NCBI GenBank assembly: GCA_963555995.3
Contig: OY821641.1
Coordinates: forward strand, 1,920,001-1,984,000
Direction of reading: 5' to 3'
DNA: 64,000 nt
Source of the DNA: Vicinamibacteria bacterium
GTDB lineage: Bacteria > Acidobacteriota > Vicinamibacteria > Marinacidobacterales > Marinacidobacteraceae
How positions within the stretch are numbered: the stretch's first letter is position 1; each line of letters begins with the position of its first letter. Shown piece after piece: positions 18,937 through 28,507 of this stretch. The notes under the pieces are model-generated. The model did not search any database, was not told the origin of the DNA, and worked only from the letters and a program-made list of their open reading frames with translations. A program made the position numbers and the translations under genes.

Positions 18937-20421
18937 TCAGCCCTCGGTGCGCCCGAGCCGTACCCGGCCCCGCAGCGCCGGGGCCGCGAAGCTCGCGAGG
19001 GCCAGCACCAGGAGCACCAGGCTGATGGGGCTCTCGAGGAAGACCGTGTGCGAGCCTGACGAGAGCGCCAGCGCCCGCCGGTAGTTCGTCTCCACCATCG
19101 GTCCCAGGATCAGTCCGAGGACCGCGGGCGCCAGCGGATAGCCGTGCCGCAGCATGAGGAACCCGGCCAGGCCGAAGAACAGCGCGAACCAGGCATCGGC
19201 CAGATTCCCCCGGAGGACGAAAGCGCCGATGAGGGAAATCCCGACCACGAGCGGCATCAGGATCCGGGGACGGAGGCTCACCACCCGAACCCAGAGCGGG
19301 ATGCCGAGCCTTCCGACCGCCAGCATGAACACGACCGCCACGATGAATCCCGCATAGAGCGCGTACACCAGGGACGCCTGCTCGGTCATCAGGAGCGGCC
19401 CCGGGGCGACACCCTGCACCGTCAGCCCGCCGAGCAGCACCGCCGCGCTCGCCGAGCCGGGGATGCCGAGAGCGAGCAAGGGGATCATGGCGGCTCCCAC
19501 GCAGGCGTTGTTCGCCGCTTCCGGCGCCGCGATTCCCGCCGGCTCGCCGGCGCCGAAGCGTTCTGGCGCGCCGGACACGCGGCGTTCCTCGTTCCACGCC
19601 ACGATGGAGGCGATCGTCGCGCCGGCGCCCGGAATCGCGCCGATGATCCCGCCGATCGCCGAACCGCGCAGGATGGGACGCCAGAGGCGGACGAGATCCC
19701 GGAACGCCGGTAGCGCTCCCCGCAGGCTCCCGGTTCCCTCGACCTTCGCGCGGCGGCCGGCCACTCCGTTCAGTGCTTCGGCAATCGCGAAGAAGCCGAT
19801 CAGCATGGGCACGAGCCCGAGTCCGTCCATCAGCATCGTGGATCCGAGGGTCAGGCGGGGAGCCCCGGTGAGGACGTCGAGGCCAACGATGAAGGCCAGC
19901 AGGCCGAGCAGCGCGCTGATGATCCCCTTGAGCGGATCGCTTCCGACCAGGTTGGCCACGATCGCCAGCCCGAACACCCCGAGGCCGAAATACTCCGGGG
20001 GGCCGAACGCGATCGCCGCACGGGACAGCGGACCCAGCGCGGCCACCAGCAGCAGCGTTCCCAGAATCCCGCCGCTCATGGACGCGAAGAGCGAGATCCC
20101 GAACGCCCTGCCGGCCTCCCCCCGGCGGGTCATCGCGTACCCGTCGAAGGTCGTGGCGAGCGCGGGCGAACTCCCGGGAACGCCGATCGCAATCGCGGTG
20201 ATCGAGCCGCCGTACTCCGCCGCCATGTAGATGGAAATCATCATGAGGAGAGCCGGGGTCGGCTCGAGGGCGAAGGTGACCGGCAGGACCAGCGCGAGGC
20301 CGACCGTCGAGCTGAGGCCCGGCACCGCTCCGGCGAACACGCCGAGCACGCTGCCGCCGAGCAGGGCCGCCAGGTTCGCCGGCTGGAGCGCGGTGGCGAG
20401 CCCCTCTGCGAAACCGGTCAC
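18937..20421 (-). CDS. tctA: Tripartite tricarboxylate transporter large permease
   Basis: GAVPGLS, YGGSITAI, GVPG, TTFDGY, FGPPEYF, AAPEAANNA, LGIPGS; GTGA overlap with tctB. Confidence 0.93.
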   Translation of the reverse strand: MTGFAEGLATALQPANLAALLGGSVLGVFAGAVPGLSSTVGLALVLPVTFALEPTPALLMMISIYMAAEYGGSITAIAIGVPGSSPALATTFDGYAMTRRGEAGRAFGISLFASMSGGILGTLLLVAALGPLSRAAIAFGPPEYFGLGVFGLAIVANLVGSDPLKGIISALLGLLAFIVGLDVLTGAPRLTLGSTMLMDGLGLVPMLIGFFAIAEALNGVAGRRAKVEGTGSLRGALPAFRDLVRLWRPILRGSAIGGIIGAIPGAGATIASIVAWNEERRVSGAPERFGAGEPAGIAAPEAANNACVGAAMIPLLALGIPGSASAAVLLGGLTVQGVAPGPLLMTEQASLVYALYAGFIVAVVFMLAVGRLGIPLWVRVVSLRPRILMPLVVGISLIGAFVLRGNLADAWFALFFGLAGFLMLRHGYPLAPAVLGLILGPMVETNYRRALALSSGSHTVFLESPISLVLLVLALASFAAPALRGRVRLGRTEG

Positions 20422-20861
20422 GGCAGCCGCACTCCGAGCAACGTCACGAACAGCAGATGCACGAAACCGCCGAACGCGAGGGAGACGGCGGTCAGGATCC
20501 CGGGCGACCGCTCTCCGGAGAGCCACATGAGCCCGCAGACCAGCGGAGGCAATGCCACCAGGTGTCCAGCCAGCGGGAGCGCAACGAGGAAGCCCGCTAC
20601 CCAAAGCACCGCGCCGCCGAGCCGGAGCGCTCCCCCACCGGGCATCCCCGCGCCGGCCGGCCCCCGGGGACGCCGGAGGGCAAGCCCGGCCGCACAACCG
20701 ATCAGCAGGAAGGCCACCAGCCCCGGGAAGAACGCCGGCCCCGGCACGCCATCGATGAGCGGCGCCGGATAGCCGCGGGCATCCAGCAGGACACCGGCCC
20801 CGACCAGGACGAGCAGTCCGGCTTCCACCAGGGAAGCGGGACGGCGGCCGCCGTCACTCAT
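20418..20861 (-). CDS. tctB: Tripartite tricarboxylate transporter small permease
   Basis: GPAFFP motif, 4 TM, C-terminal LFVTLLGVRLP; lies between tctC and tctA. Confidence 0.88.
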   Translation of the reverse strand: MSDGGRRPASLVEAGLLVLVGAGVLLDARGYPAPLIDGVPGPAFFPGLVAFLLIGCAAGLALRRPRGPAGAGMPGGGALRLGGAVLWVAGFLVALPLAGHLVALPPLVCGLMWLSGERSPGILTAVSLAFGGFVHLLFVTLLGVRLP

Positions 20862-21828
20862 TCACGAGAAGTCCCAGCCGGCCGAGCAGCGCCCGGCTGG
20901 TCTCGACTTCCTCGGCGATCCAGTCCCCAAAGGCATCGGCATCGTCCATGACGGCGTATTCCATCGCCGCCCGCGCCATGTATTCCTGAAAACCCGCCGC
21001 CCGGATGGTCGCGAGCAGCCGCTCCCGCAGGTCGGCGCGGACCTCCGGGGAGAGACCGGGAGGCCCCACCACCCCCCGCCAGTGGACCGGCGCCAGGTCG
21101 TAGCCCTCGTCCAGGTAGGTGGGCGTGTCCGCGAGCGCGGTGAGCGGCAGCGCCACCGCCAGCACCCGCATGGTCCCCGCCCGCAGGTGTTCGCGGACGA
21201 TGTTGTAGTTGGTGTGGACCGCGTCGGTATGGCCGCCGAGCGCCGCCACGACTGCGTCGCCCGAACCCTCGTAGGCGATCCAGCGGATGTCGGGATCGCC
21301 GGCGGCGGCGCGCAGCCGCTGGAACCCCAGAAAGTGCGCCGAGGCGGCCCCGAAGCCGGACATCGAGACCTCGCCGGGCCGCGCCCGGGCGGCCTCGATG
21401 AGGTCCTCGAGCGTTCGGAACGGGCTGTCCTGCCGCACGGCCACGAGGAACGGATCGCTCTGGATCCTGAGGATGGGCGTGAAGTCGCCGGGAGCGAACG
21501 GAATCCGGCCGGTCGCCATGTTCACCGTCCCGCTCGCCGTAAACACTCCCAGCACGTGCGGATCCCCCGCCCGGCCCCGGAGGTACTGCATCCCCGCGGC
21601 CCCGGCACCGCCCTGACGGGTCATGACCGTTACCCGCTGTCCCTCGAAATAGTCCGGCGCGGCGTCGGCGAGCGCCCGGGCAAGCAGGTCGCTCGGTCCC
21701 CCCGGAGTCGCCCAGGAGACGATCTCGATGGGGCCGGAGGGGAACGGCCCATCCTCCGGAGACGCTCCGCAGGCCGCCAGACCGAGACCCGCCGGAACGG
21801 CGATCCAATGCAGCCACGCACGCATCAT
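20854..21828 (-). CDS. tctC: Tripartite tricarboxylate transporter substrate-binding lipoprotein (Bug/TctC)
   Basis: Lipobox LAAC, FPSGPIEIVSWATPGGPSDLLAR, GGAGAAG, YEGSGDAVVAALGGHTD, WRGVVGPPG. Confidence 0.9.
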   Translation of the reverse strand: MMRAWLHWIAVPAGLGLAACGASPEDGPFPSGPIEIVSWATPGGPSDLLARALADAAPDYFEGQRVTVMTRQGGAGAAGMQYLRGRAGDPHVLGVFTASGTVNMATGRIPFAPGDFTPILRIQSDPFLVAVRQDSPFRTLEDLIEAARARPGEVSMSGFGAASAHFLGFQRLRAAAGDPDIRWIAYEGSGDAVVAALGGHTDAVHTNYNIVREHLRAGTMRVLAVALPLTALADTPTYLDEGYDLAPVHWRGVVGPPGLSPEVRADLRERLLATIRAAGFQEYMARAAMEYAVMDDADAFGDWIAEEVETSRALLGRLGLLVNE

Positions 21829-22082
21829 GGTCGTGTTCCTCGTCGTCGTCCTTCGCGTCCGGGACGCAGCGGAGCGGCGGACAGCACCACAATCGGAGGG
21901 CACCGACCTCGCCGCCCGGAGGGGAACGGACGCGGTGGGCATCGTCACGGAAACACGGAAATCTGTACGCCTCGACGGCAGTTTTCCCGGAAATATGCCG
22001 ACGACCTGATCAATTCACGGACCGGACGGCCGCTGTCCCGCTGCGGTAGAGAAGCGAAGCCCGAGGCTCGGACCGTCCGTCC

Positions 22083-22877
22083 CTACATTCCGGAGACGCG
22101 GCCGGCGATCCGGTAGCAGTGGAAGATGACGTGCCAGCCGATCACCACGATCACCAGCCAGGCCACCCAGTAGTAGTCGCCCGGGATGCCGAAGTTCCCG
22201 CCGAAGAACGGCGTGGCGTGCTCGTTCGCCATCGCCCAGAGGAGCGGCAGCGACATGTAGGTGTTGTGCTTCGAGCGCAGTCCGGCGAGCGCCGGGTCCG
22301 CGGCGGCCGGAGCTTCGCCCGCCTTGACGGCCGCGATGATCCGCTGCTGGGCCGGCCAGATGCGGAACCAGACGTTGAACGCCATCATGGTTCCGAACAT
22401 GGCGCCCGTATGGATCAGGACCGCCCGGGGCGTGAAGGCGCCCACGTTCACGAACAGGAAGACCGTGACCGCGAGCAACAGGAACGAGACGATGGTCGCC
22501 GCCCGGACGTTGGACTTGAGACCGCTGTTCCAGAGCGCGTCGTACACGAAGACCGCGAGGAAGGTGATCACCACCATCCCGATGGCGCCGCCGCCCCAGC
22601 CGTCGCCCGGATCGAACATCAGGCCGCCGTGCCAGAAGACGAGGAGCAACAGCACCACGCCCGTGATCCAGGTCCAGGCGGCGCCCCAGCGGAACCAGTA
22701 GAGGGCGCGCGGCATGAGCTCGGGCACCACCTTCGCCTTCGTGGCCCCGTCGAGCTTGGCGGTCATCTGCGCGTTCACGAAGTTGAAGAAGTAGAGGTGG
22801 CCGATCCAGAGGATCCCCACGAAGATGTGGAGCCAGCGGAATATGAAGGTCACGCCGTCCATCAGGCCTTGCATCAT
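22083..22877 (-). CDS. puuD: PuuD-like membrane urate hydroxylase domain (Urate_ox_N), no cytochrome c; in frame with the upstream lipocalin ORF
   Basis: FRWLHIFVGILWIGHLYFFNFV, ALYWFRWGAAWTWITG, MFGTMMAFNVWFRIWPAQ, RSKHNTYMSLP; own SD AGGGAGG before ATG 22877. Confidence 0.8.
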   Translation of the reverse strand: MMQGLMDGVTFIFRWLHIFVGILWIGHLYFFNFVNAQMTAKLDGATKAKVVPELMPRALYWFRWGAAWTWITGVVLLLLVFWHGGLMFDPGDGWGGGAIGMVVITFLAVFVYDALWNSGLKSNVRAATIVSFLLLAVTVFLFVNVGAFTPRAVLIHTGAMFGTMMAFNVWFRIWPAQQRIIAAVKAGEAPAAADPALAGLRSKHNTYMSLPLLWAMANEHATPFFGGNFGIPGDYYWVAWLVIVVIGWHVIFHCYRIAGRVSGM

Positions 22878-24125
22878 GTCGCGCCTCCCTTGCCGGGCAT
22901 CGGATGAGCGTCCGATTGTATCCGGGGCAAGGCCGGCCAAGGCCACGTCCGACCGGTATCCGGTGAGTTCCACGAAGCCGCGGCCCGGGGGAGTTCGGGC
23001 GGCTCCGGAACCGGCGGGTGCGACCCGGACCGCACCCTCCCAGTAGGGAATGTCAGGTCCGGCCTGGCCGGTGGGACGGCGGTTTTCCTGGTTCGGGAGG
23101 AGCGGCCGGACGATCAGATCGAGGTTTTCCCCGGGGAGTCGAAGACGCCAACCGGCCGGATAGGGCCGGGCATTCCCCGGGTCCGCTTCGAGATCGGGCG
23201 GCATCCAGGTTTCGAGGACTTCGACCTCCGCGCCGCGGACCCTCCGGCTCGTGTCCCGGCCGGCGTCGCGCAGGGTGCCGTCGGTGTAGGACAGCGATCC
23301 GTCGCGGCGCCGCAGGAGGTAGAGCATCAGATCGCGCCCGTCCCCCAGGTTCAGGCCGAACCAGTCCCACCCGGTCTGATCGGCCGCGAGCCAGCTCGAT
23401 CCGAATTCGCGGTCCATCCAGCCGCTTCCCGCAACCTCCATCCGGTCGCCGCCGAGCCCGAGTGACCCCGTCACTTCGAGACGGGGATGGCTGTAGTAGG
23501 AGCTGGCCGCTCCGCCCTCCGATTTCGGCGAGTGGCCGGACTCTCCGTGGAACCAGGGGGCGCGCGTCGGAACGGCGCTGAGTTCCATCCGGAGTCCGCG
23601 TTCCGCGTCCGCCGCACCGAAATGGAACCCGCCCTCCCGATACGTCAGAAACCACGGATCCCTGGTCCCGGGCGGCCCTCGCATCCAGCCAATTTCCGGG
23701 TCCGGATAAGCCCCGAACCGGGCCAGGCCCGGGGCCTCCCGATGGACAGACTGCGTGAAGACCCGCTCTCCGGTCTCGAGGTCGGCGACCACCGCGTGCC
23801 CCATCGCCACGTGCCCCGCTTCCCAGGGGGAGGGCGCGGCCGAGGGTGCGGCAAGCGTCAACCCGGTGCGAAACAGGGTGAACTGCCAGGCGAAGCGCCT
23901 GGAGCCGTCGGCGGCGTCGGCGAAACCGACGAAATACCACCATTCGGTCCGGTAACCGACGTGGGCCCAGTGATCGTTCGGAAACTCCCACGGGTAGTCC
24001 GGCGCCGCCTGCCGCCACTCCTGCGCCGCGACGGGGGCGGGAGCCAGGAGCGCCATGCAGAGCGCAGCAGCGAGGGGGGGCTGCCGGACGCGGGGATGCC
24101 CGCGCCGCGCCCCCACACGGTTCAT
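22083..24125 (-). CDS. Secreted AttH/CrtC-like lipocalin hydrolase reading through without a stop into the PuuD domain
   Basis: Signal peptide, FPNDHWAH, TEWWYF, QFTLFR, SYYSHPRL, WMDREF, GWDWF, YWEG, GFVELTGY; no in-frame stop before 22083. Confidence 0.8.
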   Translation of the reverse strand: MNRVGARRGHPRVRQPPLAAALCMALLAPAPVAAQEWRQAAPDYPWEFPNDHWAHVGYRTEWWYFVGFADAADGSRRFAWQFTLFRTGLTLAAPSAAPSPWEAGHVAMGHAVVADLETGERVFTQSVHREAPGLARFGAYPDPEIGWMRGPPGTRDPWFLTYREGGFHFGAADAERGLRMELSAVPTRAPWFHGESGHSPKSEGGAASSYYSHPRLEVTGSLGLGGDRMEVAGSGWMDREFGSSWLAADQTGWDWFGLNLGDGRDLMLYLLRRRDGSLSYTDGTLRDAGRDTSRRVRGAEVEVLETWMPPDLEADPGNARPYPAGWRLRLPGENLDLIVRPLLPNQENRRPTGQAGPDIPYWEGAVRVAPAGSGAARTPPGRGFVELTGYRSDVALAGLAPDTIGRSSDARQGRRDMMQGLMDGVTFIFRWLHIFVGILWIGHLYFFNFVNAQMTAKLDGATKAKVVPELMPRALYWFRWGAAWTWITGVVLLLLVFWHGGLMFDPGDGWGGGAIGMVVITFLAVFVYDALWNSGLKSNVRAATIVSFLLLAVTVFLFVNVGAFTPRAVLIHTGAMFGTMMAFNVWFRIWPAQQRIIAAVKAGEAPAAADPALAGLRSKHNTYMSLPLLWAMANEHATPFFGGNFGIPGDYYWVAWLVIVVIGWHVIFHCYRIAGRVSGM

Positions 24126-24155
24126 GGAGTGCGAGTTCGCCGCCCGGTGGGCGGC

Positions 24156-24181
24156 GGTGCCGGTCTGAAGACCGGCGCTCC
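24156..24181. repeat. REP-like palindrome
   Basis: GGTGCCGGTCTGAAGACCGGCGCTCC, identical to 59985-60010. Confidence 0.75.
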
Positions 24182-24187
24182 CAACCA

Positions 24188-26758
24188 TCAGATCTCCTGG
24201 CGGAGAGCGGTCGCGTCCAGGCGGGAGGCCAGCCGCACGGGAAGGACGGCCGCCAGGAGACCCGCGAGCACTACCGCGGCCCCCTGCGCGGCCAGGACTC
24301 CGAGCGGCCAGTGGAGCGTCAGGGTCCAGCCGAACCACGCCGGGTTGACGACCTGGACCAGGAGCAGCGTGAGCACGGCGCCCGCGCCGCCGCCGATGAG
24401 CAGCGAAATCCCGATGATCACCAGTGTCCGGCCGAGAAAGCCCCCGGCGACCTGTCGGCGGTTCGCCCCCAGGGCCCGGTGGAGCGCCACTTCCGCGGCT
24501 CGCTCGCGCACCAGCGTCCAGAGGAAGAGCCCGACCCCGAGCGCCGCGATCACCAGGGCGAAGACGCGCAGCAGCCCGGTCACCGCCATCGTCTGGTCGA
24601 ACACGTCCAGCGCCCGTGACCGGAGTGCGGCGTTGTCCACGACGTTCGCGCTCAGCCCCAGCGCCCGTTCCAGACGGGTGACCGCCGCCCCCCGATCAGC
24701 CCCCTCCCGGAGGTACAGGGCGGCGCCGTGAACGGGCGCCGGCGTCCCGGGCTCCGGCGGGTAGAGAGCGTTCATGAGCGTCCGGTCCAGGAACAGCGCC
24801 CCCTGTTCGTTCCCGTAGTCCCGGTAGACCCCGGCGACCCGTAGCGGACGGTCGGTCGTGGCGGCGGGAAGGGACAGCGCGGCCCCTGCTTCGAGACCCA
24901 GCCGCCGCGCGAGCGGCTCGGACACCAGCAGCTCCCCCTTGCCGAGTCCCGCGAGCGCCGCCTCCGGGTCTCCCAGAATGGAAAAGCGGTCTCCGGCCGC
25001 AGGAAGGACCGCGTCCACGCCCAGCACCGCAACCGGCCGCCCATCGAGCCGAATCCGCAACGCCCGCAGCAGATCCCGGTCCCGAACGTCCGGATCCGCG
25101 GCGGTGGCCGCCAGCACCTCGGCGGAAAGGGCCCGGCGCTCGGACGCGATGGATCGCGCCCCGCCCGCTCCCCCGGCCCGCGAAACGTAGATGTCGGCGG
25201 CCAGCGTCTCGCCCAGCCAGTCGTCGAGCGTCGCCCGGAAGCTCCCGATCAGGGAACTCACCCCGACCAGCATGGCGACCGCCACCACCAGCGCCGCCGC
25301 CGGCGGTCCCGTGGAGCCGGGCTCCCGGAGGGCCGCGAGGATGCCCCGGCCGACGGCGGAGTTCTGCCCGGCCCGGAAACCCGCCGCCAGCCGGATCGCC
25401 GCGTCCGGGAGGAGCGCCGCCCCGATGAGCAGCGCGCCGGCGGCCCCGAAGCCGCTTCCCACGATTGCGGGCCAACTCGCGGGATCGAGAGCCGCCCACA
25501 CCGCAGTTCCGATCAGCGCCGTCCCGGCGGCCGGCGGCCAAAGGCGCCAGAAGCGGCGGCGCGCGGGGGACAGCGACGCTCGCCCCGGGGTGAGCAGGGT
25601 CACCGGCGCGCGGGACGCCTCCTGGAATACCTGCGGCGCCGCGCCGGCGAGCGCCGCCGCCACGGCGACGAGCCCCGCCAGCAGCACGACCTGCGGAGCG
25701 ATCGTCAGTCCCTCGATCCGCTCCAGCAGGTAGAGGTTCGAAATCGTCGCGCTGACGCGGTCCAGCGAAGCGCCCGCGGCCAGGGCGCCCACCGGGATGC
25801 CGAGTGCGGCGCCGGCGAGCGCCATGAGAAACACCTCGCCGAGAAGCAGCGCCCCCACGCGTCGGCCCGATGCCCCGAGCGCCCGGTAGAGGCCGATCTC
25901 CTGGCGGCGCGCGGCGAGCGCGGCGCGGACGCTCGCGTACACCAGGAACGCCGCCACCAGCAGGCTCACCGCGGAGAGCGCGAGGAGATTCAGCCGGAAC
26001 GCCGAGAAGAGCTCCGCCCCTTCCGCGCGCAGGGTTCCACTCTGCTCGATCCTGACTCCGGGAATCCGGGCGGACAGCGCCCTCCGGATCGCTTCTACGT
26101 CCGATCCTTCCGCCGCGGACACCTCGATCCGGTCCAGGCCCGGCCGTCCGCGGAGCGCCTGGGCGTGGGCGAGGTCCAGGAACGCGGACGCGCGCCCGTC
26201 CTCGCCGGGGACCGTCCCCGCCACCAGCGTCGGGCGGCGGTCCGCGGGGCCCGCGCCGCCGGGTCCGATCCACACCGGGTCGAGCGGACCGACCCCGAGC
26301 CGATCCGCGACCCGCTCCGGTAGGACGATGCCTCCGGAGAAGAAAGCCTCGGGAGCGAAAGTCCCCTCGCCCCCCTCGGAACCTGCGAAATCGAAGGACC
26401 CGGAAACCATGTCCACTCCCCACCCGGGGACGGATGCCTCCTTGTCGAGGGTTCCCACCCGGAGTCCGGCCAGGCGGATCACCGGCGCGGCGCGCCGGAC
26501 GCCCCGGGTCGCGAGCACAACCGGCCACGCCTCGTCCGGGACGCTTCCGGCTTCCTCCACGAGGCCGGTCACGACGAGGTCGGCGCCAGCGGACAGGACA
26601 TCGAGACTGGCGTCGAGGGTCTCGAGCGCCGCCCGGTTCAGGAGCTGTACCGACAGCACCGCCCCGGCACCCAGCGCAATGGCGAGGACCGGGAGCAGAC
26701 CCAGCGCGGGCGCCGCCCGAAAGCGGGCCGGCGCCGCCCGCAGCAGGAGTCGGATCAC
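24188..26758 (-). CDS. ABC transporter permease, double FtsX/MacB domain (AttFG-like)
   Basis: Two RRQEIGLYRALGA / RAAEVALHRALGA motifs, FRLNLLALSAVSLLV, FDQTMAVT, NPAWFGWTL. Confidence 0.9.
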   Translation of the reverse strand: MIRLLLRAAPARFRAAPALGLLPVLAIALGAGAVLSVQLLNRAALETLDASLDVLSAGADLVVTGLVEEAGSVPDEAWPVVLATRGVRRAAPVIRLAGLRVGTLDKEASVPGWGVDMVSGSFDFAGSEGGEGTFAPEAFFSGGIVLPERVADRLGVGPLDPVWIGPGGAGPADRRPTLVAGTVPGEDGRASAFLDLAHAQALRGRPGLDRIEVSAAEGSDVEAIRRALSARIPGVRIEQSGTLRAEGAELFSAFRLNLLALSAVSLLVAAFLVYASVRAALAARRQEIGLYRALGASGRRVGALLLGEVFLMALAGAALGIPVGALAAGASLDRVSATISNLYLLERIEGLTIAPQVVLLAGLVAVAAALAGAAPQVFQEASRAPVTLLTPGRASLSPARRRFWRLWPPAAGTALIGTAVWAALDPASWPAIVGSGFGAAGALLIGAALLPDAAIRLAAGFRAGQNSAVGRGILAALREPGSTGPPAAALVVAVAMLVGVSSLIGSFRATLDDWLGETLAADIYVSRAGGAGGARSIASERRALSAEVLAATAADPDVRDRDLLRALRIRLDGRPVAVLGVDAVLPAAGDRFSILGDPEAALAGLGKGELLVSEPLARRLGLEAGAALSLPAATTDRPLRVAGVYRDYGNEQGALFLDRTLMNALYPPEPGTPAPVHGAALYLREGADRGAAVTRLERALGLSANVVDNAALRSRALDVFDQTMAVTGLLRVFALVIAALGVGLFLWTLVRERAAEVALHRALGANRRQVAGGFLGRTLVIIGISLLIGGGAGAVLTLLLVQVVNPAWFGWTLTLHWPLGVLAAQGAAVVLAGLLAAVLPVRLASRLDATALRQEI

Positions 26759-27486
26759 CGTGCGGTGGAGGAGGGCGGCAACTCAGCGGCGAAAAGCCGT
26801 CCGCCGCGCAGCCGCAACCGGGTGTCGGCCCGGGCGGCGAGCTCGAGGTCGTGCGTCGCGAGCAGCAGTCCGGCGCCCCGGTCTTGGGCCAGGCGGAAGA
26901 GCAGGTCCGCCACCGCGCCGGCGCCGCGCGCGTCGAGGTTGCCGGTCGGTTCGTCGGCCAGCAGCAGCGCGGGGCGCAGCAGGAGCGCCCGGGCGATCGC
27001 CGTCCGCTGCATCTCGCCTCCCGAGAGCCGCCGCGCCGGCTCGCGGGCGCGGCCCTCCAGTCCGACCGCCGCCAGCAGGCGGTCGGCGGCGGCGTCCACC
27101 TCCATCGGGTCCCCGTCCCCGCCCGGCGCCTCGCGGACGCCCGCGATGCGCGCCGGCAGCAGCACGTTCTCCCGGACCGTCAGGTAGGGCACGAGATGGA
27201 AGAACTGGAACACGAGCCCCACGAATCGGCCGCGCAGCCGGCTGCGCTCCGGATCGGAGAGCCCGGCCAGCGCTCTCCCCCCGAGGCGAACGGTCCCTTC
27301 GCTGGGGACTTCGATGCCCGCCGCAATGTGGAGCAGGGTGCTCTTCCCGCTGCCCGAACGTCCGGCAACCGAAACGGTCTCGCCCCTTCCGATGCCCAGG
27401 CTGACGGAGTCGAGGACCGTCAGTTCCGACCCGTCTGCCTGCGGATACCGTCGAACGACCCGATCCAGCTCCAGGACGGGGCTCAT
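26755..27486 (-). CDS. ABC transporter ATP-binding protein (LolD/AttE-like)
   Basis: GRSGSGKST, VFQFFHL, LSGGEMQR, LADEPTGNLD, ATHD; ATGA overlap with the xdhC stop. Confidence 0.93.
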   Translation of the reverse strand: MSPVLELDRVVRRYPQADGSELTVLDSVSLGIGRGETVSVAGRSGSGKSTLLHIAAGIEVPSEGTVRLGGRALAGLSDPERSRLRGRFVGLVFQFFHLVPYLTVRENVLLPARIAGVREAPGGDGDPMEVDAAADRLLAAVGLEGRAREPARRLSGGEMQRTAIARALLLRPALLLADEPTGNLDARGAGAVADLLFRLAQDRGAGLLLATHDLELAARADTRLRLRGGRLFAAELPPSSTAR

Positions 27487-28487
27487 CCCACCGGAACGCC
27501 GTTGCGCGCCGCCACCACCTGGGCCATGACCGCGAGCGCGATCTGGTCGGGGGTCCGCGCCCCGATCGGAAGCCCGATGGGGGCCGCGATCCGGTCGAGC
27601 GCGGCTCCGGAAACCCCCCGTTCCCGGAGCCGGGCAAGGCGCTTCGCGTGCGTCTTGCGGCTGCCGAGCGCCCCCACGTAGAAGGCGGCGCTCTCGAGAG
27701 CCAGCGCGAGCGCCGGGTCGTCCAGCTTCGGGTCGTGCGTCAGGGTGGCGACCGCGGTGCTCGCGTCGAGCCCGATCCGCCCGAACCCCGCCTCGGGCCA
27801 CTCGTTCACGATTTCCACGCCGGGGAAACGCTCGGGAGAGGCGAACACCGGGCGCGGATCGCAGATCACCGGCCGGTAGCCGACCCGGGCCGCGAGACCG
27901 CAGAGCGTCTGCGCGATATGGACGCCGCCCACGATGACCAGCGATTCGGGCGGCAGGATGACGTCGCAGAAGACGGACCCGTGTTCCGTATCGCTCGCCA
28001 GCGGCCGGCCCGCGGCGAGGGCCGCATCGGCGGCATCGGCCAGCGCCGGGGACCCGGTTCCCGGCGATCCGGCGACCTGGACCAGGCTCTCGCCGAGCCT
28101 CGGCCCGGAGGTCACGACCGCGAGGCCCACGGCCTCCCGGCGGCTCATCCCCTCGCGGACCCGGCCCAGCAGCTCCCGGTCGGCCCGCTCGACGAACACC
28201 GTGAGCGATCCGCCGCAGGCGAGACCGACGCCCCAGGCCAGTTCGTCGGAGACCGCGAAGCGGAGGAGACGCGGCTCTCCGCTCTCGATGACCTCGCGGG
28301 CCGCTTCGACCACGCTGGACTCCACGCAGCCCCCGCTGACCGAGCCGGCGATCCGGCCGTCGCCGTCAATGGTCATCCGGGCGCCGGGACGCCTCGGTCC
28401 CGAACCCCAGGTGTGGACCACCGTGGAAAGCGCGAGCGGACCGTCCCCTTCGAGCCAGGCGTCCAGAACGGGAGCGATGTCGCGCAT
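27483..28487 (-). CDS. xdhC: XdhC/CoxF molybdenum-cofactor insertion chaperone
   Basis: TWGSGPR, GSVSGGCVE, VGLACGG, LTHDPKLDD, YVGALGSRK, APIGLPIGARTPDQIA. Confidence 0.92.
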   Translation of the reverse strand: MRDIAPVLDAWLEGDGPLALSTVVHTWGSGPRRPGARMTIDGDGRIAGSVSGGCVESSVVEAAREVIESGEPRLLRFAVSDELAWGVGLACGGSLTVFVERADRELLGRVREGMSRREAVGLAVVTSGPRLGESLVQVAGSPGTGSPALADAADAALAAGRPLASDTEHGSVFCDVILPPESLVIVGGVHIAQTLCGLAARVGYRPVICDPRPVFASPERFPGVEIVNEWPEAGFGRIGLDASTAVATLTHDPKLDDPALALALESAAFYVGALGSRKTHAKRLARLRERGVSGAALDRIAAPIGLPIGARTPDQIALAVMAQVVAARNGVPVG

Positions 28488-28507
28488 TCAGCAGTCCGTG
28501 GACAGGA

